From the IMG/VR virus record IMGVR_UViG_3300044716_000068: a stretch of DNA of 64,000 nt. The stretch is one strand, 5' to 3'. Positions 25,901 through 34,421 of the stretch are shown in pieces; the first letter of the stretch is position 1; each line of letters starts with the position of its first letter. Made by a program: the position numbers and the translations under genes. The DNA comes from a virus. The notes beneath the pieces were generated by a model that ran no database searches, was not told where the DNA came from, and saw only the letters and a list, made by a program, of their open reading frames with translations.

Positions 25901-28700
25901 TCTTTATTTCCTTCTCTCTGTTCTTTAAGAAGTCTTCTGATTGCTCATTAAACTCTTTAAGTATATCATTAACTAATTCAGGATCATTCAAAGAGTTTAC
26001 ATAGTCTAATTTGTTTTGTCCTTCTTCAGGCTTAGCAACATCACTATACTTCTTCTTATTTAATACTTTATCAATTGCCTTATCTAATATATATCCTAAC
26101 TCTTCAGCAGTCTCATCTTCGCTAATGTTGAAGTCTCTGAACTGTTGTGGAGTCATAAATGCTACATCACCTGTAGGAAGTTGAACTTCTAGTTCTCCTC
26201 CTAAGGTTTGTGATAATACACTTAGTGTTGGCTTAAATATTAATTTGCCATCTCGTATCAAGACTGGTTCTTTAAGAGAATACACCTTACCAATCTCTAA
26301 CTTCTTCTCAACAATCTTAGCTTTGCCTTTCTTCTTTGCTGCTGCAACCTTCTGTTCAATAGTAACTGGAACTTCTTCCTCTGCACCAAACTCTTCTTCC
26401 ATCTCCTCATATTCCTTGGGATCTTGTTTGATAGCATCATATTCTTGAATGTATTTTCTTCTGTTTAATGAAAGGTCAATAACATCAGCTAACGCAGTTT
26501 TAAGATCTTCTTTAACATCAGATATAACATCCATGCTATTGATTTGATCTAATACATCCTGTGTAGCTTGTTTGTTAGGCTCATTACCTGCAATAATACT
26601 TTGTAGTATTTGACCAGTGTTAATACCTGCCTCATTTAAAATAGAATTCACTTGTGGAATACGCACATCATAGTTACCCACTTTGGCTGTAGCGTATACA
26701 AGTTTATCTATCACCTTATCATTATACAACTTGTTACCTTCCTTATCAACAAGGTTAGAATATCTTTCTCTAACCATAGAATAGGTATCTTCTACCTGCT
26801 TAGCTAGAGCTGTTAAGTTGTCAAGTCTTTGAACAAATTGTTCTCTTGTTTCATTAGCATTAACCACCCCATCAGCTACTAATTCCTCAAAGCCTACATT
26901 ATCCATAGCTTGAGATTTGTAATAGGATAGTTCTTGATCAACAGCATCTATCTTACCATACTTAACTCTAGGCATTAGATATGATAGAGTGAAGTCATGC
27001 TCCATATCTTTCTCAGTGACTTTATCATTAGCTACGATAGCAGCTTGTCTTGCTTTCTGAGAACCAATACCAATACCAATATAGTTAGCTAGATCTTTTA
27101 GAACAGCTGTAGAGTTTGTTTTATTTAATGCTTCTATTGCTATGTCTGTATTTCTACCTCTCTCACCACCATATCCAAAGAATCCTCTTTCACCTAATTC
27201 ACCAGACTTACCAAATCCAAATTTAGTTTTACCTTGCTCATCTTGATAAGTACCTGCGTATCCAGCTTGTTGTAAACCACCAGACAATGCACCTATAAGT
27301 ATGTTTGACATACCCTCTTTAGTGTACAATGCTTGATCTATACCATAGCTAGTTATGTTTCCCATAACATCATTCATGTTATTTAGAAAACTAGAAACAT
27401 CTTTTTTGTTTCTGTATGCTCTATTGAAATAATCATTAACACCAGTTTGAATAGCAAATTGTGAACCCTCTTCAAATCCTTCTGAAGGAGATACAATAAG
27501 ACCACCAACATTTCTAATACCACTACCTATTTTACCAAGTCTTGTCTTTGGTAAGTATTTAGCCCACTCCCCACCAACTACTGATTGCTCAATGTCATTG
27601 ATAATTGCAGCGTCTGCTTTCTTAGAAGAACCCAAGATCTTTGGAAGTTGAATATAGTTTGTTGCTGTAAGTAACAATGAGTTCATTCCCCATGTGAAGT
27701 TACCCACTTTGTCTGTGTACTCATTAATAGAATCTAAGTCTTTGCCTGTAGGAGTTTCACCATACTTATCTCTATATGCTTGGATGGCATTCTCTCTAAA
27801 GGAGTTCATGTTCTGAAGACCTTCTAATCCTGCTTCACCAAATGTACCTGTAGCAGATGTAATGATTCTATCTGAGTTTCTTAATATAGAAGCCATTGGT
27901 GACTTCAAATACTTCTGTGCTACAGAGTTAAGTGCACCATCAAAAGCAGCAAACTTTTGTAGTCTAGGAACTGCAGACATAGATTCTTCTACAGCTGTCA
28001 TTGCTTCTAGACCTTGACCTGCTTTAACTAACTTACTTGTTATACCTAATGCTTTAATGGCTTTACTCCATGCAAAACCACCTCCTATTGTACCTAATGA
28101 ATATCCTAAGTTTTTAAGGATACCATCAGAAAAGAAGTTAGCTGTTAATAAATAATCAGGGGAATACCAGTTAGCATCAGTTTGCTTCTGGGTCATATAG
28201 TTAGGAAGTGCATCTTCTAATGCCTTGTATGAATCATCTAACTTCCTATTAATTTCATTATCAAATAATGAAGCAAATCTACCATCACGTACCATAGCAC
28301 CTAAGCCATAAACAGTACCAGCTGTACCAGAGATAAAACTATTGGTAGCTGTACCTACAAATTTTAAAGCACCATTCTTCCATTGATCTAATGCACTTTG
28401 TTGTTGTGCATATTTTTCTTCTAGATCAGTTTCATATGGTCTACTGCTTTTATATCTATTGCCAATATATATTGAAGAAGTGGGAAGTTGAGGGACATGA
28501 CTTTTCTCTGGAGTAATATTATTCCATATATCTTCAGCAGACATATTACCGCCTGCAACCCCTGTCTTGCTATCAATTGAAGGAACATCAAAACTTATGT
28601 CTTGAAACTTTGCCTGACCACCTAAGTTAACAACTTTTGGTTCAGAGGTAGGTTGTGTAGCATCACCTGTCCCTAAATTAATTACTTTTTCTTCTGGCAT
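16983..28700 (-). CDS. giant virion protein (3905 aa) with RNA polymerase beta-prime-like double-psi beta-barrel catalytic segment (crAss-like vRNAP candidate)
   Basis: Residues ~2992-3035 are YRIPTQKQNSIDAIVIKQFLPREFGDSVVIPSALVKKAGSDFDIDKLFIY. This parallels the RNAP beta-prime segment [40 protein letters not shown] (R.P[ST]....SI.A...[IL]......V......[AS]DFDxD) with similar spacing. About 340 aa upstream, FKSGRKVGAE weakly resembles the beta-subunit GRHGNKG barrel motif. The DxDxD codons lie at plus-strand nt 19596-19610. Confidence 0.55.
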   Translation of the reverse strand: MPEEKVINLGTGDATQPTSEPKVVNLGGQAKFQDISFDVPSIDSKTGVAGGNMSAEDIWNNITPEKSHVPQLPTSSIYIGNRYKSSRPYETDLEEKYAQQQSALDQWKNGALKFVGTATNSFISGTAGTVYGLGAMVRDGRFASLFDNEINRKLDDSYKALEDALPNYMTQKQTDANWYSPDYLLTANFFSDGILKNLGYSLGTIGGGFAWSKAIKALGITSKLVKAGQGLEAMTAVEESMSAVPRLQKFAAFDGALNSVAQKYLKSPMASILRNSDRIITSATGTFGEAGLEGLQNMNSFRENAIQAYRDKYGETPTGKDLDSINEYTDKVGNFTWGMNSLLLTATNYIQLPKILGSSKKADAAIINDIEQSVVGGEWAKYLPKTRLGKIGSGIRNVGGLIVSPSEGFEEGSQFAIQTGVNDYFNRAYRNKKDVSSFLNNMNDVMGNITSYGIDQALYTKEGMSNILIGALSGGLQQAGYAGTYQDEQGKTKFGFGKSGELGERGFFGYGGERGRNTDIAIEALNKTNSTAVLKDLANYIGIGIGSQKARQAAIVANDKVTEKDMEHDFTLSYLMPRVKYGKIDAVDQELSYYKSQAMDNVGFEELVADGVVNANETREQFVQRLDNLTALAKQVEDTYSMVRERYSNLVDKEGNKLYNDKVIDKLVYATAKVGNYDVRIPQVNSILNEAGINTGQILQSIIAGNEPNKQATQDVLDQINSMDVISDVKEDLKTALADVIDLSLNRRKYIQEYDAIKQDPKEYEEMEEEFGAEEEVPVTIEQKVAAAKKKGKAKIVEKKLEIGKVYSLKEPVLIRDGKLIFKPTLSVLSQTLGGELEVQLPTGDVAFMTPQQFRDFNISEDETAEELGYILDKAIDKVLNKKKYSDVAKPEEGQNKLDYVNSLNDPELVNDILKEFNEQSEDFLKNREKEIKNQKGNAQVLSTSDTDSVPTDTPVPTLYVTDTDNRKDTTVVPRATVATQQLPGYKNSVAFGANLYNFPNREKIRGVYVTLANEETLGLGGLMNHIKGTSDVDPAKTIALVMVEQSGNGVKLVGVDGQPIIGSNFDKIVFQVMPDPKLQWSEKYGGKSMFREGTPDNVMKAITKEYTKFVEDTLENKELEPHKIEASFGIPQPAVDTEGKAVENARTGVTEAGLIKQSDLAEKPVIYVPTLGDGVISRGSTRYTKALGKPFLIGANGYVALQNKQHSLQEATLIYDAIYRLSEIKYTDGDLSSAEATRLLEWLRSVVYWGNPKNQAGVNSIWFDKAGLIGLKLNISNEGMNVPFSPIGVESNKDKIVEQIQKMYGNIRSAYVAKDLSNWNKPYEQITSVTADGKIKSKTWKNYQSYLLSTEGRTGQETPLTVPIRPTKGVGDTNREGIYFVVTDTADRYAGVVEKVGKEKPTLLTPGAVRTGELAETATARYILDNQTPNVIDNPQLGKITFVADAKELETSGGKKGISLVQDDPGNTKAIEALAKSRNIDKNKATDLLVASIYNKVAPQQAAQSIAPVSAEEADIEKRRKEELDKYKSGDITVAGVKAINAKYNAELAALEKQPTTKAEEKQAAQIVTTTPDAEELIRRQLNSMGDDAPFRIKTKDQITKFEKEDWPKIEAFFKANFPNIPLYRVKNIIRGTNGLEAWGMLKNGGVYVYANAEVGTAYHEVFEAVWKMFSSPEERDNIVSEFKDRSGSFVDRVTGQEIKYSNATAFQIKEQLAEEFRDFVQYGKVPTKPSKGQPFIVKLFNDLVNFIKSFFYGPQAARNTEELFKRMTGGFYKEYSPLGSKLSYAKNGIIDISDAYGGANSEYRLKDLPGQTVHDIMQQMTYVTLGKFTKNNKSLFTIPSINKVELYQELKEDLQKTALKTMKAAEDLVDQGTITEEQAAPTKEKSRALWQKITDNWDELVEKHKEYLSAYNIEFDNNNEAAYITDKAKEDPYGEATQIDNFKRANAAVKMLLSTIPIVREGKIVYSSINGATLLPTSQVFMAIMNQTHNANSPDEMIEGLRKLAENDENYRTLYERISKSSYNMDTFEFTDLKNRHDLQLVSALWRTFNKQSPIVKNLYILPNGEVQVGDSNFATAARQLNQDFLNAIVVSVKKQNGYFHYSSLQKAYMPVVDANGKAVISKFAVDTLDEQLNFLKKFGIIFNKADLLEMSGEDQDDFSESVKGIKKSFTELNKIATFSGSVLSINGRLLKLANIKAKIDNPEFDSVFYNVNGDATQSFIGVNALSKLSDVLSKAQNINDLRDTPYSYLLTDNFAKNSVILGQMFNIAEGGNRIKGTEKLMEASWADGTLDQGNGKKKQSSKLTYKQRLVQEINMNLAGYYYNLVPGDASLEHMVNMGNFISKESIRAGYDQPGGVLDTFRGYLFSEIELARETRPFTRNTNELRFFKDILGEELHDQVMGEDGEVLTPQEVYEAFTDENTNVNAIDEAITKYIVEKTAAFKRSLSNYGIITKGEEKETWFVENLAFAQSGTTTTENLNRELEMLQINFMINNIELHKLLYSDPYQYKDELKRIKSFLSPRQSIISNSASMNAALNNIWNEGFDEGDIGNTDFTQDYFRTATYSDVLATGDLPGYQEEAWEETDGSGIITMKAYRNFRIRAGEWNDNEESQYRFDIAYEKLVKSGASKEEIAEFNKKNPGVKSAYTPLKPIVSGNKANGRSYNDIVLDKFALYPLSFRVLHQLNPESNSIKFYNKMQAENIDYTVFKSGRKVGAEELNEPYNENDQFNEAPYVGIVNVPFGIMSIQSEVPSKDEPVVTRGSQVTKLVTLDYMEAGVPIDFEPGDNFNQRLDKWNALKNKSTYNDGKNLYNEVKHNQELLEAMIDNGYQSLLKQMGIKELKNGKFKIADFSKSANLLRREILKREVNDNVADALAGFLEGKVVIEATPAYQQIRNILYSIADREVITPKMSGGQKVQIPSTFLEENRIKSKDGKGYTSDVLKFYTNKEGERVAEVMVGRWFDSNKTDAELLDYLNNTEEGQKILKGVAYRIPTQKQNSIDAIVIKQFLPREFGDSVVIPSALVKKAGSDFDIDKLFIYLKNTYKDGLGNIKLVPYYGIGDAAKEKFEDLYADISENKIKITQESKTKLGNLQNLLSDIALGEASSKTAEKWIPILQNMFGDSLSVIEIEDALMTKLEETGKKLEDLYDLDLQAVLMEKFVDRMYKKSLENEYIQSMENLITREENFASLTKPNSADQMKGLAKKITRKLGFESFNYDTPGNMLDRNFMSRLRQAFVSGKYAIGIAAVNQTNHSLNQRQPIYVDTDKLAMLDSADRAWIGNGKINFKDYNKIMINNKPVATLSMVKNAKGDYISDIIGQFIDGYVDISKGPWIMELGATPNTASTWLFLTKLGVPIEDISYFMNQPIIRDYLRKIENAGYSWLFIEDFVKEMKQSPKYKVADNYNFSKITTIPSASKLSSTVGNNNLNQDQKAEQQFMLDEFLKYARMANQMFLVTQGSNFDTATFNDPFLVFKKQQQLLKAQNTIISSVDDILANSFLGKLAERIGNIRNAYAEILTSDKNNTRRVLENVLLPYTDMSDDEFVNVSRKAVTNLFDWAVQVDQKLNQEISGMLLGDDNAAGEITDFVNKVKADPNHKLFDNIIVNLLENLPSPTEDGVNNIKIKNKNNKTYDQNQMIYGFKELKSYLGKDPIYDKLVRLSVLQSGIANSPISFTNLLPYEDFAKIYNKTLSKLDKMPNLDQFYKLGVFQRNNWADDDVVPYKKATFNQDNQGNWYYSNGIQFKKNEALNLDIQAGKTPQLVKIHHMARESKSDYIVYTWEEGTKSEKIKMRKDGDFSYIKKGLFKKVYNGDTPFAIKNFYGADTFIYKMINAWGDSYKANEFYENARESVIPNGFIQTIEKEDDDIRKYFEVKKDNAPKAVSKKVKKIKAPGLPEIENNNVNNC

Positions 28701-28706
28701 TCTTTA

Positions 28707-31547
28707 TTATTTTAAAGCAGCTTGTGCAAATTCTGGACCTAGTGATTTCAATTTATTTATAACAACCTCTAAATTTGGATCTCCTGGTAATGCTTTTACA
28801 GTTCTCTTACCACCATCTGCTGTAGATGTATAAACATATGCATAATATAAATCATTGGCTTTCACCACATTAGCTTGCATGTCATAGTTACCATTACCTA
28901 CCATTCTTGGGAATTCAAACTTCTCAAAGTATGAATCTGCTTTGGTATATGTAGAAACATCTCCTGGATCTAATTTAGATGTAGAACCTATTGGACTTCT
29001 TCTTAGAGCACGTCTTACATTAGTAACTTCATCTGATTCATACAATCCACTTACATCAATACCAAGACCTTTTGCTTCATCATCTGCAATCACAATAGAC
29101 CCAGACTTATTAGTCTTTAAATCAGTTCCTAATATTTGTATAACTTTCTTTCCACCAGGACCTGTCATTGTCTTTGCTTCTAATGAAATATCTGATAGGT
29201 CTCCTCTAATAGCTTCTAACATTCCATCTAGTTCACCTGAGACTGATAAATTCTTTCCAGATTTTCCATAGTCAAGTGTCCATCTTCTAATGTTATTAAG
29301 TGTTTGCTTATCTGTTTCAGTATCACCTGTAAGGATAGGCATCTTAACATCAGGTTTGAAGAAGCTCTTACTTTGAAGAAGTTCAGCTTTTCTAGTCAAT
29401 GCTTTTGCTGAAGCCTCAGTATCTATCACCTTATAAACCTTTTTTAAATTGTTTTCAAAGTCACCTCTAGTATCTATGTTTACTTGCCATCCTTTAGGAT
29501 TTCTTAAATAAACATCATCTGTAAATGGTAGTAACTCTACTGCTTGTCTTGCTGTAGTTTTAAAATCTCTTAAAACTCCTGAAGGACTAAGGTAGCTAGT
29601 AGCAAACTTATCTAGAACAGTAGGAATTAAAAAAGATTTGCCTCTGCTAGTTAATCTAGCTTCAGCAGCTTTAGCGTTTTCTTTATGAATCTTATCATCA
29701 AAATACCCACCTACAGTGACATTACCTTTGGCATACAAAGCTAAGTCATAAAAGTCTTCTTTGGTAACTATAACATCCTTACCTTGAAACTTCATTGGTG
29801 TATCTTTAATTTCTACATTATTTATAATGTTTGCTAAATCAGTACCAACTTCTTTAGCCACTTGTTCATTAACATCTGCTGATTCTTGTGATATAGATTG
29901 AAATGTCTTTTGCTTCTTTTTAAACAAGTTATATGCATCACCTAAAGCAGGGGGTACTCCACCTGGTTTTGTTTTTAATTCAGTTACCACTTTATCAGAC
30001 CATCTTGTTATAAAGTCTGTATATGGTTCTTTATTAGCATTAGCAGTATTTTTTAAAATGGTTTCAATACCTTGCTCTCTTGTTTTACCCAATGCCATTT
30101 GTTTATTTAATGACTGGATGTTTTTTGGATTGTTAGCAAAGAAACCTGACCATACAAGTTCATTTCCTGTAGTTAGCATGTCAGTGGCAGCATTTGTTTT
30201 TATCTGCTCACTGTTTACAATTACATCCATACTAGATGGGTTCTCAGCAAACTCAAGTCCTCTTTCATCATCAGGACCAGTTCCAGGTTTCTTTGTACCA
30301 CCTGGACCTTTCATTGCTGCTATTCTAAGAGCATTCTCACGATCTAAATCTTTTTGTCTAGATTGTTCTTTTAAGTTAGTATATTTAAAAGCAAGTTCAG
30401 CAGCTGCTTCTTTCATATCATTAGCCTCTTGATACTCCTTAAAGTTAGCTTGCCAAAGAGGACTATCCATAGCTTGCTTACTTACTTTCACTGAACCAAA
30501 CATACCTTGTAAGTTATCTAAAGAATGTTCTTTATAAACAAATCCTCTTACATAGTCTGGGTTCTTATAAGCTGCTTGTGCTATTTGGTCATATGAAGAT
30601 TTAACACCATCAGCTTTGCTTTGAAGCTGATCTATTTCTCCTTGGATAAACTTCTTACCTTCATCAGTTTTTTCTAATGTTTTCTTCAATGTAAGTTCAG
30701 CTATCTTATCATTATATCCTGCTGTCTTTTCATCTCTTTGAGCATACACCATATCTACAAGACCTCTTTCATCTATGTTTGCATAGTTATACTCTCCTGT
30801 AATATTAAGTTGTTTAGCCACTCTAGGATCAGAAAAGATCTGACCAAGTGTAGCTTTAACCTCTGCAGGTAGTCTACCCTCTTGTTCCATTCTCACCATG
30901 TAAGGAGAAACAACAGGAGTTTGTTTTATAATGTTACCCTTCTTATCTTTTACAATATCAAACTTATAATTGCCTTGAGCATCTGTTTCATACAATTGAT
31001 CAAACGACCACTTGCCTGGTTTGATAGCATCAAATTGCTCCTTAGCAAACTTCATGATGTCAAAATGAGGAGTATATGCACCATTGAATGATTCTCCTGG
31101 TTTTTGAGAAGTTAACCAAGGTTGAGCTTGTTTATTGAAGTTATATATATTAGCTGGATTAGCTTTACCCTCATCTGTGTCTTTTTGGATTCTGGTTAAT
31201 CCAGTTCTGTAAGCAGCTGTAGATGATATAGCATTTGTAATCAATTTATCCTTAGATATTTGTGCTGTCATACCAGTAACAGAATTAACCAACTGTTGAT
31301 TAGAAAAGTCACCTGCTGCCACTGTCTTTAAGTTATTACCTAATTCACCTAGCTTTGACTGAAGATATTGTTTATCTACATCTCTATACACGTCTACCCC
31401 AGCCACCCTATCAATGTAGTTCTGGATTTTTTGCACACCTTGGTTGTATTGGGCCTGCTTGGCCATACCAACCTGGTACATCTCCTGAACTGGCAGTTCC
31501 TGGATGTAGGGGTTAAATTGTGATAGTTTGTCAGTAAAAGATGCCAT
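28707..31547 (-). CDS. hypothetical large virion protein (946 aa)
   Basis: Intact ORF immediately upstream of the 3905-aa gene. No recognisable motif. Confidence 0.45.
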   Translation of the reverse strand: MASFTDKLSQFNPYIQELPVQEMYQVGMAKQAQYNQGVQKIQNYIDRVAGVDVYRDVDKQYLQSKLGELGNNLKTVAAGDFSNQQLVNSVTGMTAQISKDKLITNAISSTAAYRTGLTRIQKDTDEGKANPANIYNFNKQAQPWLTSQKPGESFNGAYTPHFDIMKFAKEQFDAIKPGKWSFDQLYETDAQGNYKFDIVKDKKGNIIKQTPVVSPYMVRMEQEGRLPAEVKATLGQIFSDPRVAKQLNITGEYNYANIDERGLVDMVYAQRDEKTAGYNDKIAELTLKKTLEKTDEGKKFIQGEIDQLQSKADGVKSSYDQIAQAAYKNPDYVRGFVYKEHSLDNLQGMFGSVKVSKQAMDSPLWQANFKEYQEANDMKEAAAELAFKYTNLKEQSRQKDLDRENALRIAAMKGPGGTKKPGTGPDDERGLEFAENPSSMDVIVNSEQIKTNAATDMLTTGNELVWSGFFANNPKNIQSLNKQMALGKTREQGIETILKNTANANKEPYTDFITRWSDKVVTELKTKPGGVPPALGDAYNLFKKKQKTFQSISQESADVNEQVAKEVGTDLANIINNVEIKDTPMKFQGKDVIVTKEDFYDLALYAKGNVTVGGYFDDKIHKENAKAAEARLTSRGKSFLIPTVLDKFATSYLSPSGVLRDFKTTARQAVELLPFTDDVYLRNPKGWQVNIDTRGDFENNLKKVYKVIDTEASAKALTRKAELLQSKSFFKPDVKMPILTGDTETDKQTLNNIRRWTLDYGKSGKNLSVSGELDGMLEAIRGDLSDISLEAKTMTGPGGKKVIQILGTDLKTNKSGSIVIADDEAKGLGIDVSGLYESDEVTNVRRALRRSPIGSTSKLDPGDVSTYTKADSYFEKFEFPRMVGNGNYDMQANVVKANDLYYAYVYTSTADGGKRTVKALPGDPNLEVVINKLKSLGPEFAQAALK

Positions 31548-31623
31548 AATACAAAATTAATTTAAAATATTAGAATTACCAAGAGCTATAACAAATTTTA
31601 GTAATTCACTATAACTGAATTAG

Positions 31624-34401
31624 TTAGAGATTCTTTAGAGCTTTAACAACTGAGCTATTTCTAGCCTTTGTTTTTCCACCATTCTTCTGCATATAATTGT
31701 CTAGCTCACCCAATGATGGAGGAGTAGTAGTACTGTCTTTAGTCTTTCTAGTTCCAATGATACGTCCTAATTCATCATATGTGAATGCTGTATCAGGAGC
31801 TAATCCTCCACCTCCTTTAGTTGCTGTACCAAATGGATTACCTGAAGTATTGAAAGATTGTAATGCGTTAGCATTAATTGCTCTGCCTTTAGGATCAAAT
31901 CTGAAGTTGTACAGATTCTCCATAACAGCTAGTTTTCTATTAGCAGCTCTTTGTTGTGCAGTCTTAGCAGCAATAGAACTTAAAGCAGCTTGAGTTTGTT
32001 CTTTAGTGCTAGATTTAGCTTGGGCCTGTCTAACATATTGTTGATCAAGGATTTGTAAGTTTCTAAGTTGAGCATCATTTAATGCAGCTCTGTTCTTGTC
32101 ATAAACCTGCATCCTATTTGCTTGATTGATTCTAGTTTGCTCTCCTAAGATTTGATTCTTAGCTTGTAGTGTCTGAGACATAATCATTGCCTGTGCAGCA
32201 GGATTAGAACCAGCAGCTCTAATAGCAGCTCTAGACTGAGAATCAACAGCAGCCAATTGATCATTTAAAGAAATGTCTACAGGACTATCCAACATTGGTT
32301 GATACGTCTGAGCCTGTACAGGTTCTAACTGATTGGTAGCCAATGCATAAAACTCAGGATACAACTGATCTGCAGGTAAGTCTTCGTCAGCGTTAGTTGG
32401 TCTTAAGAATGATTCTAAATTAGATAAAGCAGTAGGGCCATATTTTTCAATTCCTTTTCCTAAAAACTTACCTGTTGATTTCAATGCATTCATTAATCTA
32501 CTACTATTCTTTGATGTAGGATCACCTGGCATATCTTCAATGCTAGGAGGTTGAAACGCAGGTTCATTTGAAACTGCAACCTTTGGTTGTACATATCCTT
32601 CTTGATAAGGAATTGTTATATTAGGTTGCTTTGGTCCAAACTGTGGAACAATAGTGTTTATATCAAACTTATATTTTGGAGTGGTTGTGCCTTTTTGAGC
32701 TACCATACTTGGATTTGTTTCTCTTTCTAATTTACCTTCAGCTAATTTGTCATTCTTAACACCTAACTCCTTGGCTGTCTGATGAATAGAGTCTTGTACA
32801 ATACCAGCTTGCTGAATCTTGTCAGCATTAATCTTTTGCCAAGCTTGAGCACCTTTAACCATAAGCCCTCCTGTGTTTAAAGACAAATGATCAAATGCAC
32901 TATTCTCATCAGCATTCTCAATTAACTTAAGACCTTTGTTTATTCTCTTTAATTGTTTAGCATCATTCTTAGCAACATCAGCTACATATGTTTTAAACTT
33001 CATTCCTTTTGCTTTTGGATCTCCCATAAGATTTGCTACTTCTTTATTAATTTTCATGTTACCAAATACAACAAGGTTATCACTAGATCCACCATCTTGT
33101 AGTTTAACAGCTGGTTCACCACCTTCTACTTCCACTTCATTCTCACCATACTTAGTTTGGATGCCACCATTGTCATGAGATGCACCTCTAAACATTCCTA
33201 TCTCACCACCAGGTAAATTAGGATTGTATGACATTGTTTCAAAGCGACCCCCATCTCCCACTTCTAATTCACCACCCATAGCCATTTGTGTTCCATATTG
33301 AGCTCTAGGCATACCTGGTCTACCAGTGTATAATGCTTCTGCACTAGGAGGAGTATAATCAACCTGAGCAAGATGACCACCACTTCTTAACATATCTGCA
33401 TCATGTGGAGGTTTTAAAAGATCTTTAATATTATATTCTCCAAACTTAGTAATTGTTTGTGGTTGCCAATCATGACTTACCCATCCACCATTTTCCATGT
33501 ATGCATTAAGAGGACCTTGTGATCTAGCTTGTTGGAAGGCTAATTGGTTTTGGCTCAAAGCAGTTTTATCTTTCTGTGCTTGTAATGCTCTAGCATCTTT
33601 AGCACCACCTAATGCATTACCTGCCACCTTACCTAAGAACTTACCAACAGCAGCTCCTGCAGGACCAAAGGCAGAACCAATAGATTCTCCTACAGCACTA
33701 CCAACTTGAGCTTGACCTGAGTCTTGGAAGTACTCACCAAACTCTGCTTTGGGCATATGACCACCATGTCTGAATTGTTTGTATGTTTCTTGTAATGGTT
33801 CAAATCCAAGATCATCATATATGTCATTTGTAGGAGCATATGTATTCTGAATCTCAGTGGGGTTACCACCAATCATTCTACCATTCTGAGCTAGGTAGTT
33901 TGTACCTGATCCATAAGGATTACTTAATTGTCCTGGTTGAGTAGGATTATCTTCTGGTCTAACATAATTACGTTGAGGATCTTGCATAGTTTGATTAGCC
34001 TGTAAAGCAAGTCCTGATAACTGAGCAGTTTGATCTGCTTTCTTAATGTTTTTCTTTTGCTCAGCAATAGCACTAATTCCACCAGCAATCTTATCTAAGT
34101 TTTGAAGAGCACTCATACCAGCAGCTGCAGCTCCACCACCAAAACTTCCTTCAGAATTTTTTGCAGTGGCACCAAATTTAGTAAATCCAAACTCAGGTGG
34201 TGTAGTAGCTCCAGTTTGAGCAATAGGAGGATTACCAAAGTCAGTTAACTGATGTAATTGGTCATTGACCATCTTACTACCCATAGCAGCTTTTTTAAAC
34301 TCCTTCTTATGAGCTTTCATAAATGCTTCTTCTGTTGGGTACTTTTTGTAAAATTCCTTTTCAGACTTAACTCCTGCAATCTTTAAGATTTGATCTTTCA
34401 T
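31624..34401 (-). CDS. hypothetical Gly/Gln/Pro-rich virion protein (925 aa)
   Basis: Low-complexity G/Q/A/P-rich sequence typical of phage internal/ejection proteins. No enzymatic motif seen. Confidence 0.45.
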   Translation of the reverse strand: MKDQILKIAGVKSEKEFYKKYPTEEAFMKAHKKEFKKAAMGSKMVNDQLHQLTDFGNPPIAQTGATTPPEFGFTKFGATAKNSEGSFGGGAAAAGMSALQNLDKIAGGISAIAEQKKNIKKADQTAQLSGLALQANQTMQDPQRNYVRPEDNPTQPGQLSNPYGSGTNYLAQNGRMIGGNPTEIQNTYAPTNDIYDDLGFEPLQETYKQFRHGGHMPKAEFGEYFQDSGQAQVGSAVGESIGSAFGPAGAAVGKFLGKVAGNALGGAKDARALQAQKDKTALSQNQLAFQQARSQGPLNAYMENGGWVSHDWQPQTITKFGEYNIKDLLKPPHDADMLRSGGHLAQVDYTPPSAEALYTGRPGMPRAQYGTQMAMGGELEVGDGGRFETMSYNPNLPGGEIGMFRGASHDNGGIQTKYGENEVEVEGGEPAVKLQDGGSSDNLVVFGNMKINKEVANLMGDPKAKGMKFKTYVADVAKNDAKQLKRINKGLKLIENADENSAFDHLSLNTGGLMVKGAQAWQKINADKIQQAGIVQDSIHQTAKELGVKNDKLAEGKLERETNPSMVAQKGTTTPKYKFDINTIVPQFGPKQPNITIPYQEGYVQPKVAVSNEPAFQPPSIEDMPGDPTSKNSSRLMNALKSTGKFLGKGIEKYGPTALSNLESFLRPTNADEDLPADQLYPEFYALATNQLEPVQAQTYQPMLDSPVDISLNDQLAAVDSQSRAAIRAAGSNPAAQAMIMSQTLQAKNQILGEQTRINQANRMQVYDKNRAALNDAQLRNLQILDQQYVRQAQAKSSTKEQTQAALSSIAAKTAQQRAANRKLAVMENLYNFRFDPKGRAINANALQSFNTSGNPFGTATKGGGGLAPDTAFTYDELGRIIGTRKTKDSTTTPPSLGELDNYMQKNGGKTKARNSSVVKALKNL

Positions 34402-34421
34402 ATCAAACGTTTATATGTGGT